A stretch of DNA of 64,000 bases, taken from an uncultured Acidobacteriota bacterium. GTDB taxonomy: Bacteria > Acidobacteriota > UBA6911. This document shows, piece after piece, positions 30,544 to 42,874 of this stretch. The notes below the pieces were generated by a model. The model worked only from the letters and a program-made list of their open reading frames with translations, searched no databases and was not told where the DNA came from. The stretch is taken from contig CAWHCF010000050.1 in the NCBI GenBank assembly GCA_963827655.1, forward strand, positions 1 through 64,000. The letters run 5' to 3'. The translations under genes and the position numbers were made by a program. Positions within the stretch are counted from its first letter, which is position 1. Each line of letters opens with the position of its first letter.

Positions 30544-33500
30544 ATGAAACGAGCCTTGCTTTTCCTCGCCGTCGCAGCTTTGTGGAGCGGGACCGGTCTG
30601 TTCGCTGCCACAATCGTTATCAGCAACAAAGATCCGCGGATAGACAACCCAGACCTCATCGACCGGGATTGGGGGGCTCGGCTACGGAATTTCAGGACTC
30701 CCGTTCCGGGCAACGAAATCTACATTGGCTCGGGCGACCTGAGTTTCAGCGGCAACCGAAATGTCGCCGACCTGGCATGGAACAACGCTCCGGGCCTGAA
30801 CACCTTCACTCTGACTTACGCCCCTTCGCCGCTTATCACGATGACGGCCGCGGGATCGACGAGCGCTGGCCAGTCCTATGACTTTCAAACTCCGGTCGCC
30901 AATCCAAACCAACCCTTCAACAGTATATTGATTCAGCTGGAATCACCGAATGGCAGTCCCGAAATCATAATTACAAATCTGGTCCTGTCCGTTAGCGGCG
31001 GAGCCACAACCAACCTGGGCAACATTGGTGAAGAGCAACGAAAGAGATTTGGGCGCTGATCAGCGATATCGGAAGCGGCGCTTATACTTCGGGATTCACC
31101 CTCACCGGCAACATTGTTGTCGATCCTTCCCAGGGCTCTGAACAGGATCCGTTCATAAACTTCTTCGCTATTTTCGACCGCACCCAGGCCGCGCCTGACC
31201 TGACCCTTACCAAGAGCCACGCGGGCAATTTTACCCAGGGCCAGACTGGGGCGACTTACACCGTGACGGCGCGCAATATCGGGATCGGGCCCACGACCGG
31301 CACAGTCACGGTCGTGGACAATTTCCCTCCCGCTCTGACACCGACGGCGGCCGTTGGTTCAGGCTGGACCTGCAACATCTCCACCAACTCGGCCACCTGC
31401 ACGCGCAGCGACGTCCTGGCTCCTGGAGCCAGCTACCCGCCGATCATCCTGACGGTCAATGTGGCCTCCACGCGCTCCTGCCGAGGCCGTCAACACAGCG
31501 GTTGTTACCGGCGGCAATGACGGCAATTCGGCCAACAATACAGTCAACGATCCCACGACCATTATCCGAGGCCCGGACCTTACGATCGTCAAAACCGCCA
31601 GCGGCAGTTTCACCCAGGGACAGAGCGGCGCCGGCTACATCCTGACCGTGACCAACACCGGCGGAGTCGCGACCAGCGGCATCGTTTCCGTCATTGATAA
31701 CTTGCCCACCGGGGTGTCTCCAGCGACGGTCAGCGGTCCAGGTTGGAGCTGCGGCATTTCAGGCAACACCGCCACCTGCACTCGCAGCGACCCGCTGGCT
31801 CCGGGAGCCAGCTATCCGCCGATCGCCCTGACAGTCAACGTGGCGAGCAATGCGCCGCCGTCGGTGACGAACATGGCAACAGTCGGCGGCGGCGGGGACC
31901 TCAACGCCGCCAATAACGCCGCAAGGTCGTGACGCCCATTGCCCGCGCTGCTGACTTGAGCATCGCCAAAAGCCACACGGGCAACTTCACGCAGGGCCAG
32001 ACCGCTACCTACACCATCACGGTCACTAATGCCGGCGCGGCCCCGACCAGCGCCACGGTCGTCGTGGCCGACCCCATGTCCCAGCCGTTGACTCCGAGAA
32101 CGGGCAGCGGTTCAGGCTGGACCTGCGATGTTCTGACTGAGCTGATCCGATGCCAGAGGAGCGATGCTCTGGCGCCCGGGGCGAGCTATCCGCCGATCAC
32201 CATGACGGCGAGCATCGCACCCAACGCCCCTCCTGCGATCCTCAACATGGCGACGGTCAGCGGCGGCGGGGACGGCAATGCGTCGAACAATAGCGCAAGC
32301 GACACGGCGACGGTTCTGCCGGCCTCGGACCTGGCGATCACGAAAAGCCACACGGGCAACTTTAGCCAGGGACAGGCGGGCACCTATACCGTTACGGTCA
32401 GCAATGTGGGCGGCTCGCCGACCAGCGGCTCGGTTACGCGTCATTGACACAGTGCCGGACGGGTTGGTTCCCACCGCGGCCGGCGGCACAGGGTGGACCT
32501 GCCAAATCTCCGGCCAGGGAGTGAGCTGCGCGCGCAGCGACCCTCTGGCGCCAGGCCAGAGCTACCCGACGATCACCCTGACGGTAAGCGTTCAGCGCAA
32601 CGCTCCTGCGTCGGTGACGAACACGGCCGTCGTTTTCGGTGGCGGGGAGGTTAATCCATCGAACAACACGGCACCCGATCCAACTACCATTACCGCCGGT
32701 CCCGACCTGACCATCGCCAAGAGTCACACCGGTAACTTCACGCAGGGTCAAACCGGCACCTACACCTTGACCGTGAGCAACACCGGGGGCTCCCCGACCA
32801 GTGGCACGATCATGGTGGCCGACAGCCTTCCTTCCGGACTGTCGTCGACTGGGGCCACCGGGGCCGGCTGGTCGTGCACGCCCGGCGGCCAGAGTGTCAC
32901 TTGTTCGCGCAGCGACATTCTAAACGCCGGCTGCCAGCTATCCGCCGATTACTCTCACGGTGGAGGTCGCGGTCAATGCCCCTGCATCGGTGACTAACGC
33001 GGCGACGGTTGCCGGAGGGGGCGATGTTGATTCCAGCAATAACGCGGCCAGCGATCCGACCACAATCATCGCGGCGCCGGACCTGACCATTACCAAGATG
33101 CACACGGGGAGCTTCCTGCAGGGGCAGGTGGGAGCGACCTACACCCTGACCGTGATGAACATAGGCGGCGGCCCGACCAGCGGCCCGGTGACGGTCAGCG
33201 ACACGCTTCCTGCCGGCCTGACGCCGACGGCCGCGGCGGGCGCCGGCTGGGTGTGTAACATCGCCGGCCAGGCTGTGAGTTGCACGCGCAGCGACGCACT
33301 CAATGTGGGAGCCAGCTTATCCGGCCATTACCCTCACGGTGAACGTCGCGCCGGCGGCCCCGCCATCGTTGACCAACACGGCGACAGTCTCCGGAGGGGG
33401 CGAGATCAATACGGCCAACAGCACGGCCCAGGATATCACCACGATCGGGCCCGGCCCCGACCTGACGATCACGAAAAGCCACACGGGCAACTTTACCCAG

Positions 33501-36500
33501 GGACAGGCGGGAACCTATACCTTGACCGTCAGCAACGTGGGCGGATCGCCGACCAGCGGCTCGGTTAGCGTCATTGACACCTTGCCGGGCGCGTTGGTTC
33601 CTGCCGCGGCCGGCGGCACAGGGTGGACCTGCCAGATTTCCGGCCAGGGAGTGAACTGCGCGCGCAGCGACCCTCTGGCGCCAGGCCAGAGCTACCCGGC
33701 AATCACCCTGACGGTAAGCGTTCAGCGCAACGCTCCTGCGTCGGTGACGAACACGGCCGTCGTTTTCGGTGGCGGGGAGGTTAATCCATCGAACAACACG
33801 GCACCCGATCCAACTACCATTACCGCCGGTCCCAACCTGACCATCACCAAGAGTCACACCGGTAACTTCACCCAAGGTCAAACCGGCACCTACACCTTGA
33901 CCGTGAGCAACACCGGGGGCTCCCCGACCAGTGGCACGATCGTGGTGACCGACAGCCTTCCTTCCGGACTGTCGTCGACTGGGGCCACCGGGGCGCGGCT
34001 GGTCGTGCACGCCCGGCGGCCAGAGTGTCACTTGTTCGCGCAGCGACATTCTGAACGCCGGCGCCAGCTATCCGCCGATTACACTCACGGTGGAGGTCGC
34101 GGTCAATGCCCCTGCATCGGTCACCAACACGGCGATGGTTGCCGGAGGGGGCGATGTTGATTCGAGCAATAACTCGGCCAGCGATCCGACCACAATCATC
34201 GCGGTGCCGGACCTGATCATTTCCAAAATGCACACGGGGAGCTTCCTGCAGGGGCAGGTGGGAGCGACCTACACCCTGACCGTGATGAACATAGGCGGCG
34301 GGCCGACCAGCAGCCCGGTGACGGTCAACGACACCCTTCCGGCCGGCCTGACGCCGACGGCCGCGGCGGGCGCCGGCTGGGTGTGTAACATCGCCGGCCA
34401 GGCTGTGAGTTGCACGCGCAGCGACGCACTCAATGTGGGGGCCAGTTATCCGGCCATTACCCTCACGGTGAACGTCGCGCCGGCGGCCCCGCCATCGTTG
34501 ACCAACACGGCGACAGTCTCCGGAGGGGGTGAGATCAATACGGCCAACAACACGGCCCAGGATATCACCACGATCGGGCCCGGCCCCGACCTGACCATCA
34601 ACAAGAGCCACTCGGGAAACTTCCTCCAGGGACAGACGGGGGCGATCTATACCATCACGGTAAGCAACCCCGGCTCTCCGCTGACCACCGGGGTCGTGAC
34701 GGCCACCGACAACGTTCCGGCTGGACTGCTCCCGACATCCGCGGCGGGTGCGGGCTGGACTTGTAATATTTCCGGGCAGGACATGACCTGTACCCGGAGC
34801 GATCCTCTGGCGACGGGACAGAGTTACCCGCCGATCACCCTGACGGTCAACGTTCAGCCCGGTGCTCCCGGGTTAGTGACCAACGCAGCAACGGTTTCAG
34901 GCGGCGGGGACGTCAATCCGGCGAACAACTCGGATACCGATGTCACGGCCATTATCCCCGGGGCCGACCTGACCCTCACCAAGAGCCATACCGGCAACTT
35001 CACCCAGGGGCAGACCGGTGCGAGCTACACCGTCACCGTAACCAACTCCGGTGTCGGGCCGACTACGACCATGGTTACGGTGACCGATACATTCCCCCTG
35101 GGGCTGGCCCCCACGGCCGCCGTGGGCGCGGGCTGGAGTTGCTCAGTCGGCGCCCTGGCAGTCGTGTGTAGTAGAAGCGACCCGCTGGCCCCGGGCGCCA
35201 GCTATCCACCGATTACCCTCACGGTGCAGGTCGCGGCCAATGCCCCTGCATCGGTGACTAACACGGCCATGGTTGGCGGAGGTGGCGGTGTTGATTCGAG
35301 CAACAACTCGGCCAGTGATCCCACCACGATCATCGGTGTGCCGGACCTGACCATTACCAAGACGCACACCGGGAGTTTCCTGCAGGGGCAGGTAGGAGCG
35401 ACCTACACCCTGACCGTGATGAACATGGGCGACGGCCCGACCAGCAGCCCGGTGACGATCAACGACACCCTTCCAGCCGGCCTGATGCCGACGGCCGCAG
35501 CGGGCGCCGGCTGGGTGTGTAACATCGCCGGCCAGGCTGTGAGTTGCACGCGCAGCGACGCACTCAATGCGGGGGCCAGGTATCCGGCCATTACCCTGAC
35601 GGTGAACGTCGCGCCGGCGGCCCCGCCAGCGTTGATCAACACGGCGACGGTCTCCGGAGGGGGCGAGATCAATACCGCCAACAGCACGGCCCAGGATATC
35701 ACCACGATCGGGCCCGGCCCCGACCTGACCCTCACCAAGAGCCACTCGGGGAACTTCCTCCAGGGACAGACGGGGGCGATCTATACCATCACGGTCAGCA
35801 ACCCTGAGTCTCCGCCCACCACCGGAGTCGTGACGGTCACCGACAACGTTCCGGCCGGACTGCTCCCGACATCCGCAGCGGGTGCGGGCTGGACCTGTAA
35901 TATCTCCGGGCAGGATGTGACCTGTACCCGGAGTGATCCTCTGGCGACCGGACAGAGTTACCCGCCGATCACACTGACGGTCAACGTACAGCCCGGCGCT
36001 CCCGGGTCCGTAACCAATACAGTAACGGTTTCGGGCGGCGGGGACGTCAATCCCGCGAACAACTCGGATACCGATGTCACGGCCATTATCTTCGGGGCCG
36101 ACCTGACCCTCACCAAGACCCATACCGGGAACTTCACCCAGGGACAGACCGGGGCGACCTACACCGTGACGGTAACGAACTCCGGTGTCGGGCCGACCAC
36201 GACCATGGTTACGGTGATCGATACATTCCCCCTGGGGCTGACCCCCACGGCCGCCGCGGGCGCGGGCTGGAGTTGCACAGTCGGCGCCCTGGGAGTCGGG
36301 TGTACCAGAAACGATGCTCTGGCGGCGGGAGCGAGTTATCCGCCGATTACGATCACGGTGAATGTGGCATCCGACGCTCCGGCGACGGTCACCAATACCG
36401 TCGGGGTCTCGGGAGGAGGCGGCAGCAATTCAGCCAACAATACCGCCAGTGATGCGACGACTATCATGGCCGGCGCGGACTTGACGGTGACCAAGACCCA

Positions 36501-39474
36501 CACCGGCAACTTCACCCAGGGGCAAAGGGGAGCCGGCTACACCATCACGGTGGGGAACAGCGGCGGCGGCCCGACCAGCGGTCCGGTCACTGCGATCGAT
36601 ATCGTTCCCACAGGCCTGACTCCATCTGCCGCGAGCGGCACGGGCTGGGCGTGCGATATCATCGGGCAGGACGATCACCTGCCTGAGGAGCGACCCCCTG
36701 AGCCCTGGCGGCAGCTACCCGCCGATCACTGTGACGGTGGATGTGGCCTCCAATGCCCCGGCATCGCTTACCAACTCGGTCAGGGTTACTGGCGGCGGGG
36801 ACACCAATCCGGCCAACAACGCAGTCGACGACGTCACTACCATCACCCCTGGTCCCGACCTGACCATCACCAAGACCCACACGGGCAACTTCACCCAGGG
36901 GCAGACAGGCGCGACTTACACCGTCACGGTGAGTAACCAGGGGGCGGCCCCGACCAGCGGCGCCGTCATTGTAAATGACGCCATGACGCTGCCCTTCCTG
37001 CCGACAGCAGCCAGCGGCACCGGCTGGACATGCCAGGTTCTTGCTGACTCCGTCCAATGCCAGAGGAGCGATGCCCTGGCGGCGGGAGCGAGTTACCCGC
37101 CCATTACCATCACGGTGAACATTGCATCGAACGCTGCGGCTTCAGTCACCAATACGGTCGAAGTCTTCGGAGGCGGCGACGTCAATGCTGCCAACAATAC
37201 GGCCAGCGACCCGACCACCATAGTGCCGGGACCCGACTTGACGGTCACAAAGACCCATACCGCCATCGTCACCCAGGGACAGAGAGGAGCCACCCCCGCG
37301 CTGGATTACACCCTGACCGTACGCAATATCGGGGCGTCCCCGACCACCGGCACCGTCACCCTGATCGACAGTGTCCCTCCGGGCCTCATTCCAGTAACGG
37401 CCAGCGGCACGGGCTGGACGTGCAGCCTCTCGCTCCAGTCCGTTACTTGCACTCGAGACGATGCTCTGGCCGCAGGCAGCCAGTTATCCGCCTGTGACCC
37501 TCGCGGTGGACGTTGAGTCCGACGCGCCCGCATCGGTAACCAACACCGCGACCATTGCCGGTGGCGGAGACGTCAATACCTCGAATAACACCGCAACCGA
37601 TCCGACCCAGATCAACCGCGGCCAGGACCTGACGATCACCAAGAGCCACACGGGTAGTTTCACCCAGGGGCAGAGCGGGGCCACCTACACCATAACCGTG
37701 TCCAATAGCGGCGCCGCGCCGACTATCGGCACCGTAACCCTGATCGACACCGTCCCGACCGGACTCTTTCCCACGGCGGCTAGCGGCACGGTCTGGACCT
37801 GCACTGTCTCGGGCGAAACTGTCAATTGCACCCGAGGAGATCCCCTGGCCGGGGGAGCGAGCTACGAGCCTGTGACCGTTACGGTGGATGTCGCCGATAA
37901 CGCCCCCGCATCAGTAACCAACAGTGCGATCGTCGCCGGGGGCGGCGATGTCCTTGCAACCAACAATGTGGCGGACGACGTCACGGCCGTTACCACGGGC
38001 CCGGATCTGACGATCACGAAGACCCACCCCAATAGCTTCGGGCCGGGTCAGACGGGGGTCATTTTTATCCTCACGGTGACCAACCGGGGCGGCGCGCCGA
38101 CGCAAGGCAGGGTCGATGTGGTCGATGACCTGCCCGTCGGGCTGACCGCGAAAGCGGCCAGCGGAGGCGGCTGGACCTGCGAAGTCACAGTCGACACGGT
38201 GGCATGCTCCCGGACCGACGCTCTGGCTCCGGGAGCGAGCTATCCCTCGATCACGCTCACCGCCGACGTCGCCCCCAATCTCGCGGTCGGGTCGACGTTA
38301 ACCAACACGGCCACGGTCTCACGCGGCGGAGACGTTAACCTTGGCAACAACACAGCCGAAGACTCTGAAGTTCTTGCGCTGCGTCCGGACCTCGACATCG
38401 CCAAGACGCACTCGGGCAACTTCACCCAGGGACAAACCGGCGCGACCTACACCATCACGGTCTCCAATGCCGGCCAGGATGCGACCAGCGGCGAGGTCAA
38501 GGTCCAGGACCGTCTCCCGACGGGCTTGACACCAACCTCTGCATCCGGCTCCGGCTGGACCTGCACGATTCAGCGGCCCGACGGTCATCTGCACCCGGAG
38601 CGACTCTCTGGCGCCGGGCGGCAGTTATCCGCCGATTACACTGGCGGTGACGGTTGCGCCGGATGCCTTGCCCTCGGTCACCAATACGGCAACGGTCTCG
38701 GGCGGCGGGGACGACAGCAGCGACACGGCCAGTGACGTCACCACGATCCAGGCCGGGGGCCCGTACACCTTCGCCCACGTGCCGGTCGGGGGAGGCTATA
38801 CGACCGATTTTCTCATCTCAAATACCGGAGCGACCGGCGCCGCAACAGAGCTCATCCTTACCGATCAGGCAGGCAATCCCTTTCCGGTTCTTCTGGTAGA
38901 TCCCTCCACCAGCGCAACCCTGGCGATGGGTTCGTCCTTTCCGGTTTCCATTGCTTCCGCCGGAACCAGAATTTTCCGGGCCGCGCCGGTCAATCCTTCG
39001 GATCCGGTCAAGATCGGCTGGGGTCGCCTGGTACCGTCGGTTGCTCACGTGGGTGGGGTCGCCTCGTTCGATTACCTCCAGCAGGCGATCTTGCAGAGCA
39101 CGGCGGGAGTCTTCGGGGGTTATCCGATCAATATGGCCACGATGCCGGTCGATAATGACGATACGCAGAATCGCTTTACCGGCTTCGCGGTAGCAAATCC
39201 TTCGAACGAAAACATCAACGTCACGCTTTACGTGCTCGACGAGAACGGAGGGATCACCGATGTGCTCAGCCCGCCGGAACTCAATCCGCTCGGGCCCCTG
39301 AAGCAGGTTGCGAAGTTTCTGCACGAGTATGTCCCGACCAGGCTGAGATTCAAAGGCTCGATGGTTCTGGTCGGACAGGGCGGGAAGACTTTCGCGGTCG
39401 TGGCGCTGGTGCAGACTCAGGGCTTGGTCACCGTAATCCCGGTGATTCCCTCCAAGGCTCCCCAGGTTCCGTGA
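30544..39474 (+). CDS. Giant secreted DUF11-repeat surface protein 2 (signal peptide, ~195-aa N-terminal head domain, 20 repeats, C-terminal domain); frameshifted, about 2980 aa restored
   Basis: Signal sequence nearly identical to gene 1; head domain NKDPR..PDLIDR.WGARLRNF shared with gene 3; 20 DLxIxK starts from ~31195 to ~38385; CTD 38761-39474 almost identical to gene 1. Confidence 0.9.
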
Positions 39475-39475
39475 C

Positions 39476-39562
39476 CTGGTGTTTCTTCGTGTCTTCGTGT
39501 CTTTGTGGTTAGCGGTGCGAAACAAATACCACAAAGACACAAAGACACAAAGAAACACCAAG
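39476..39562. repeat. Octamer-repeat inverted element C; possible bidirectional terminator between convergent genes
   Basis: ggtgtttcttcgtgtcttcgtgtctttgtggt pairs with accacaaagacacaaagacacaaagaaacacc; loop gcggtgcgaaacaaata shared with element B. Confidence 0.85.
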
Positions 39563-39572
39563 AGGAGCCCGC

Positions 39573-41519
39573 TTACGGGACTTCAACGGAGTAAGCCACG
39601 ATCTTCCACTGATCTTTCTCTCTGCCCCAGAGAAGCTTCAACGCGGCAGGGTTGCCCGGGACGTTCATCTCGAAAATAGCGCCGTAGTAGTTGCCGTAGA
39701 CTGCAGGCCCTCCAAGTTTTTGTGCCACCTTTACCCCCTGGACCTGGCTCTGGCATTCGAAGGCCTTGGCACCTTCATCCGGCACACTCACCAGCGAATA
39801 AGCCCGCTCCTGTGGATGCGCGACAAGCTTGAGAGCTGGATGCACCGGAGGGATACTTCTCAAGGCCTCGGCAACGTCGCTTTTCCGGCCGACAATGCCG
39901 GAGATATTCTTCATCCCGTCAAGGATCCTGCGCCGTCCCTCCGGCCAGTTCCGCGCCTTATCCTTCTGCTGATCGGCATGGAGATTGACACAGGCGTAAC
40001 ACTGCTGTGAGAAATATTCTACTGCCTTCTCAAAGTTCTGCTTGACCAACCATTCGTCGAAAAACTCCCGGGCGGCCGTGATCAGGTCCGGATCTCCCTT
40101 CACACTCTCAATCTTGATCTCTGCCGCAGCCGGAGCCACTTCCATATCTGGAGCCTTGTTGCTTGCGATTTTATCGGACTCGACATCCCAGGAGACGATC
40201 TTCCAGTACTCAGACTCCTTCGTCCAGAGGATGAGCAGCCTGGCGCCTTTAGCATTCCCGGCGTTCATCTGTAATGACGCGCCGAAATACTTCCCATAGT
40301 CCCTTTCGGGCTTTTTCGTCGCCGGATTCCCGAGACTGCTCCGGTTGCCGCACTCGAAGTCGAACGCGAGGTCTTCCGGCGTCTCGAAGAATGCGAATTC
40401 GGCTTTGTGCGGGTGATCAATGAGCTTGAGCGCGGGATCATTCGGAGGAACGCTCTTTGCCACTTCGGCCAGGCTTGCGGGTTTGCCGATGGAGCGGTTC
40501 GCTTTTCTCATCCTGTCGAGCATGTAGTAGCGAGTCAGGCCAGGATTGATCTGCTTGTTTTCATCGCTGTCGACCTGATTGATACAGATATCAGCCCTTT
40601 GGGCCATGTAGGCTATTGCCTGCTTGGGCTCCTGCTCGACCAGCCAGGCGTTCAAAAAGTCGTACATCGCCTCCTCTGGCTTCCCTTTGCCCGAGCGGGG
40701 GAATGCCGGGAAATCACCGCGCTCTTTTTTGAGCTCCTCTTCCTTGATGTCAGCTTCCTTGAGCGGCACGCCGAAAATGCTCTTCCACCAGGCGGAGAAA
40801 CCCGTCCACCGCTTGACGTGCCTTTCGTGGTTGTTTCCGGCCCTCACATCGGAGTTCGCGCTGCTCAGATGGCCGTTCACGGCTGCCGCAGGGAACTTCG
40901 AGGAGCGGTAGTCGACGTCGATGTCTGCGCGCTTGCCGTCCCCCGAGCAGGAGACTTGAATCGAGGGCGTCCCGCCCTGCTGGCGGTAATTCATCGGATA
41001 GCCTTTATGATAGGTGGCGTTGTCATCGCCACGCTTGAACTCGCGCGATGCATCCAGAATCTGCAAGGCATTCGGCTTCAGTGCCACATAGATGCGGAAC
41101 TGGAGGTCGCCCTTCGCCTCAGGGATCATGCCGCGGACACTTTCAAGGTATGAGATCAGATCGAGCGTCGTGCCGAGTGAGCGGCCGCCCTGATCGGTCA
41201 GCCTGGTCGTCATGAGGGCGTGCGTCACTGCTTCGAAGGTGGTTCTGACCGAGAGAGAAAGATCATTGTAGTCTTCCGCCGGCTTGAGATTCTTCTTTGC
41301 AATCTCGTTGTATTGCCGGAACCACTCGTCGACCAAACGGCGCTGCTCGGGTTTCAGATTGTCATAGGTCCCGCCGAACTGAATATTCTGTTCTTGAGCT
41401 CCACTGCCGTTCTTCGATGACTGTGCCGCGACGGAGAAGTGGGGCATTGTCGAGATCAGAACATAAGTCATCAACGCCACAAATATCGCGTGGCCACACT
41501 TCAAGAGTTTCGCTTCCAA
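39573..41519 (-). CDS. Secreted hypothetical protein (648 aa) with a duplicated C-terminal domain
   Basis: TTG start after GAGGAGG, signal peptide; the pattern F(L/F)xxWLV...C...LKL..HP...AF..C...YGxY(F/Y)GA...L.LW.(K/R)E...WKIV occurs twice. Confidence 0.8.
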   Translation of the reverse strand: MEAKLLKCGHAIFVALMTYVLISTMPHFSVAAQSSKNGSGAQEQNIQFGGTYDNLKPEQRRLVDEWFRQYNEIAKKNLKPAEDYNDLSLSVRTTFEAVTHALMTTRLTDQGGRSLGTTLDLISYLESVRGMIPEAKGDLQFRIYVALKPNALQILDASREFKRGDDNATYHKGYPMNYRQQGGTPSIQVSCSGDGKRADIDVDYRSSKFPAAAVNGHLSSANSDVRAGNNHERHVKRWTGFSAWWKSIFGVPLKEADIKEEELKKERGDFPAFPRSGKGKPEEAMYDFLNAWLVEQEPKQAIAYMAQRADICINQVDSDENKQINPGLTRYYMLDRMRKANRSIGKPASLAEVAKSVPPNDPALKLIDHPHKAEFAFFETPEDLAFDFECGNRSSLGNPATKKPERDYGKYFGASLQMNAGNAKGARLLILWTKESEYWKIVSWDVESDKIASNKAPDMEVAPAAAEIKIESVKGDPDLITAAREFFDEWLVKQNFEKAVEYFSQQCYACVNLHADQQKDKARNWPEGRRRILDGMKNISGIVGRKSDVAEALRSIPPVHPALKLVAHPQERAYSLVSVPDEGAKAFECQSQVQGVKVAQKLGGPAVYGNYYGAIFEMNVPGNPAALKLLWGREKDQWKIVAYSVEVP

Positions 41520-41821
41520 GATTAACCCCTCCTCTTATACTCGATACTTCCTTTGCTCTAATCAGCGTCTCGACCCGCTTGCGTTTGCGCAGTCCGACGA
41601 GCGTCGGCATCCGCGGATCGTCCCAGCCCTTGATGGCGCGGATGAAGTCTCGGGCGCTTGAGCGGGCGCGCTCGAGCCGGCTTTCTTGAACGCGCAGTCA
41701 TGGGCATCGGAAGGTGTCATCGCGTCCGCTGGCGTTCGGCTGCGGACAGAAAGTCAGTTGCCGGCGGTACCGGCTCCGAGCACCCGGCCAGATGGCGGAG
41801 AGGGGCTTGAATCAGACTCAT

Positions 41822-42382
41822 TTACTTCGGGTCGATCTTGGAGATCTTGTTGCCCTGCAGCCCCAGCCCGGCCATCAGCCCCTTCTGGCTGAAAATTAAC
41901 GCGTAAATGTCGTCTTTCATGGTGGTCGTCGTGGCGGCTTTCGCCTTCCCTTCGTCCATTACGACGACGCTCGGGCCGACTCCGACCTCGAACCCCTTCG
42001 CTGCGTCGAGCGCACTCAACGCTTTCTCGTTCATGAAAAACATGGCGTAGCCGTAGGTCTGCCCCCCAGCCTGCAGTCCAAATGACCCGCCTGAGGTCCT
42101 GTAATACGCCACGGCGTTCCCGCCCTTGATCAGCGCGCCGTCGCCGCCCTGACCGCCGACCATGAGCCCCACCTTGGTGACTTTCGGAAACACAAGGATA
42201 GCCAGAGATTTCGCTCCAATCGCCTTCGACGCGGGGACTTTTTCGTAGAGCGACTGCAGGGCGGCTTGCGCGTCACGACTCAGCTCCGCCTTGTCTGCGG
42301 CAGTGGTGGACCGCCCCGCCAACGCAACCGCTGTGCTCACAAGAATGCCGATCAACGCGACCCGTTTCATATTCATGTTCAT
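41822..42382 (-). CDS. Exported YSC84/SYLF-like lipid-binding protein
   Basis: AGGAG RBS, signal peptide, LVFPKVTKVG..GGQGGDG, SFGLQAG, FEVGVGP, QKGLMAG. Confidence 0.85.
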   Translation of the reverse strand: MNMNMKRVALIGILVSTAVALAGRSTTAADKAELSRDAQAALQSLYEKVPASKAIGAKSLAILVFPKVTKVGLMVGGQGGDGALIKGGNAVAYYRTSGGSFGLQAGGQTYGYAMFFMNEKALSALDAAKGFEVGVGPSVVVMDEGKAKAATTTTMKDDIYALIFSQKGLMAGLGLQGNKISKIDPK

Positions 42383-42874
42383 GCTCCTTTTGAGCTGCGA
42401 CTACCGTTACTCACCGAGCCGGGCCGCCGCCCGACGGGAAAGTGGACCAGGATAATGCACGCGAGCTTGGCTGCCGGAACACACCGGAGACCAAAGGTCC
42501 TGGCAGGGTCATCCTAGCACCAACGACGCCAAACCGGAATGGTTCAGATCAAAAACAGCGGCACGTCACGTTAGCTGACACCCGCGCTGTGCTTCGCCAA
42601 AATCCCGGCTGACGGGTCTTCGGAGGGTCTGCGATCATTTGAATGGACGAGGACGGGGACAATCGAGATTCGAGCCTGAAGGCAGAGGTGTGCCAAGATT
42701 CTTCTAGTCTCATAGCATCCGGTTGAGCTAAGATGGCCGTCGTCGGCGCGGTACGGAACGTCCAGGGGCGTCGAGTTGACAGCCAGCCCTATTCTCCGAA
42801 CTTGACTAACCGCGCCTTGAGCTGAAAATAACTTTTGTTCCGCCTATCCTTTCAAGGCGCGACTAGGAGGACCC

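Noticed and set aside
22992-39562. Short-repeat clusters (octamer, heptamer, 127-bp) as CRISPR arrays
   Set aside because: No constant repeat separated by unique, equal-length spacers, and no cas genes in the window.
41560-41660. Minus-strand peptide GWDDPRMPTLVGLR resembling a GlnRS/GluRS signature
   Set aside because: Only about 14 residues match and the flanks do not follow the synthetase; at best a tiny remnant, so not called as a gene.
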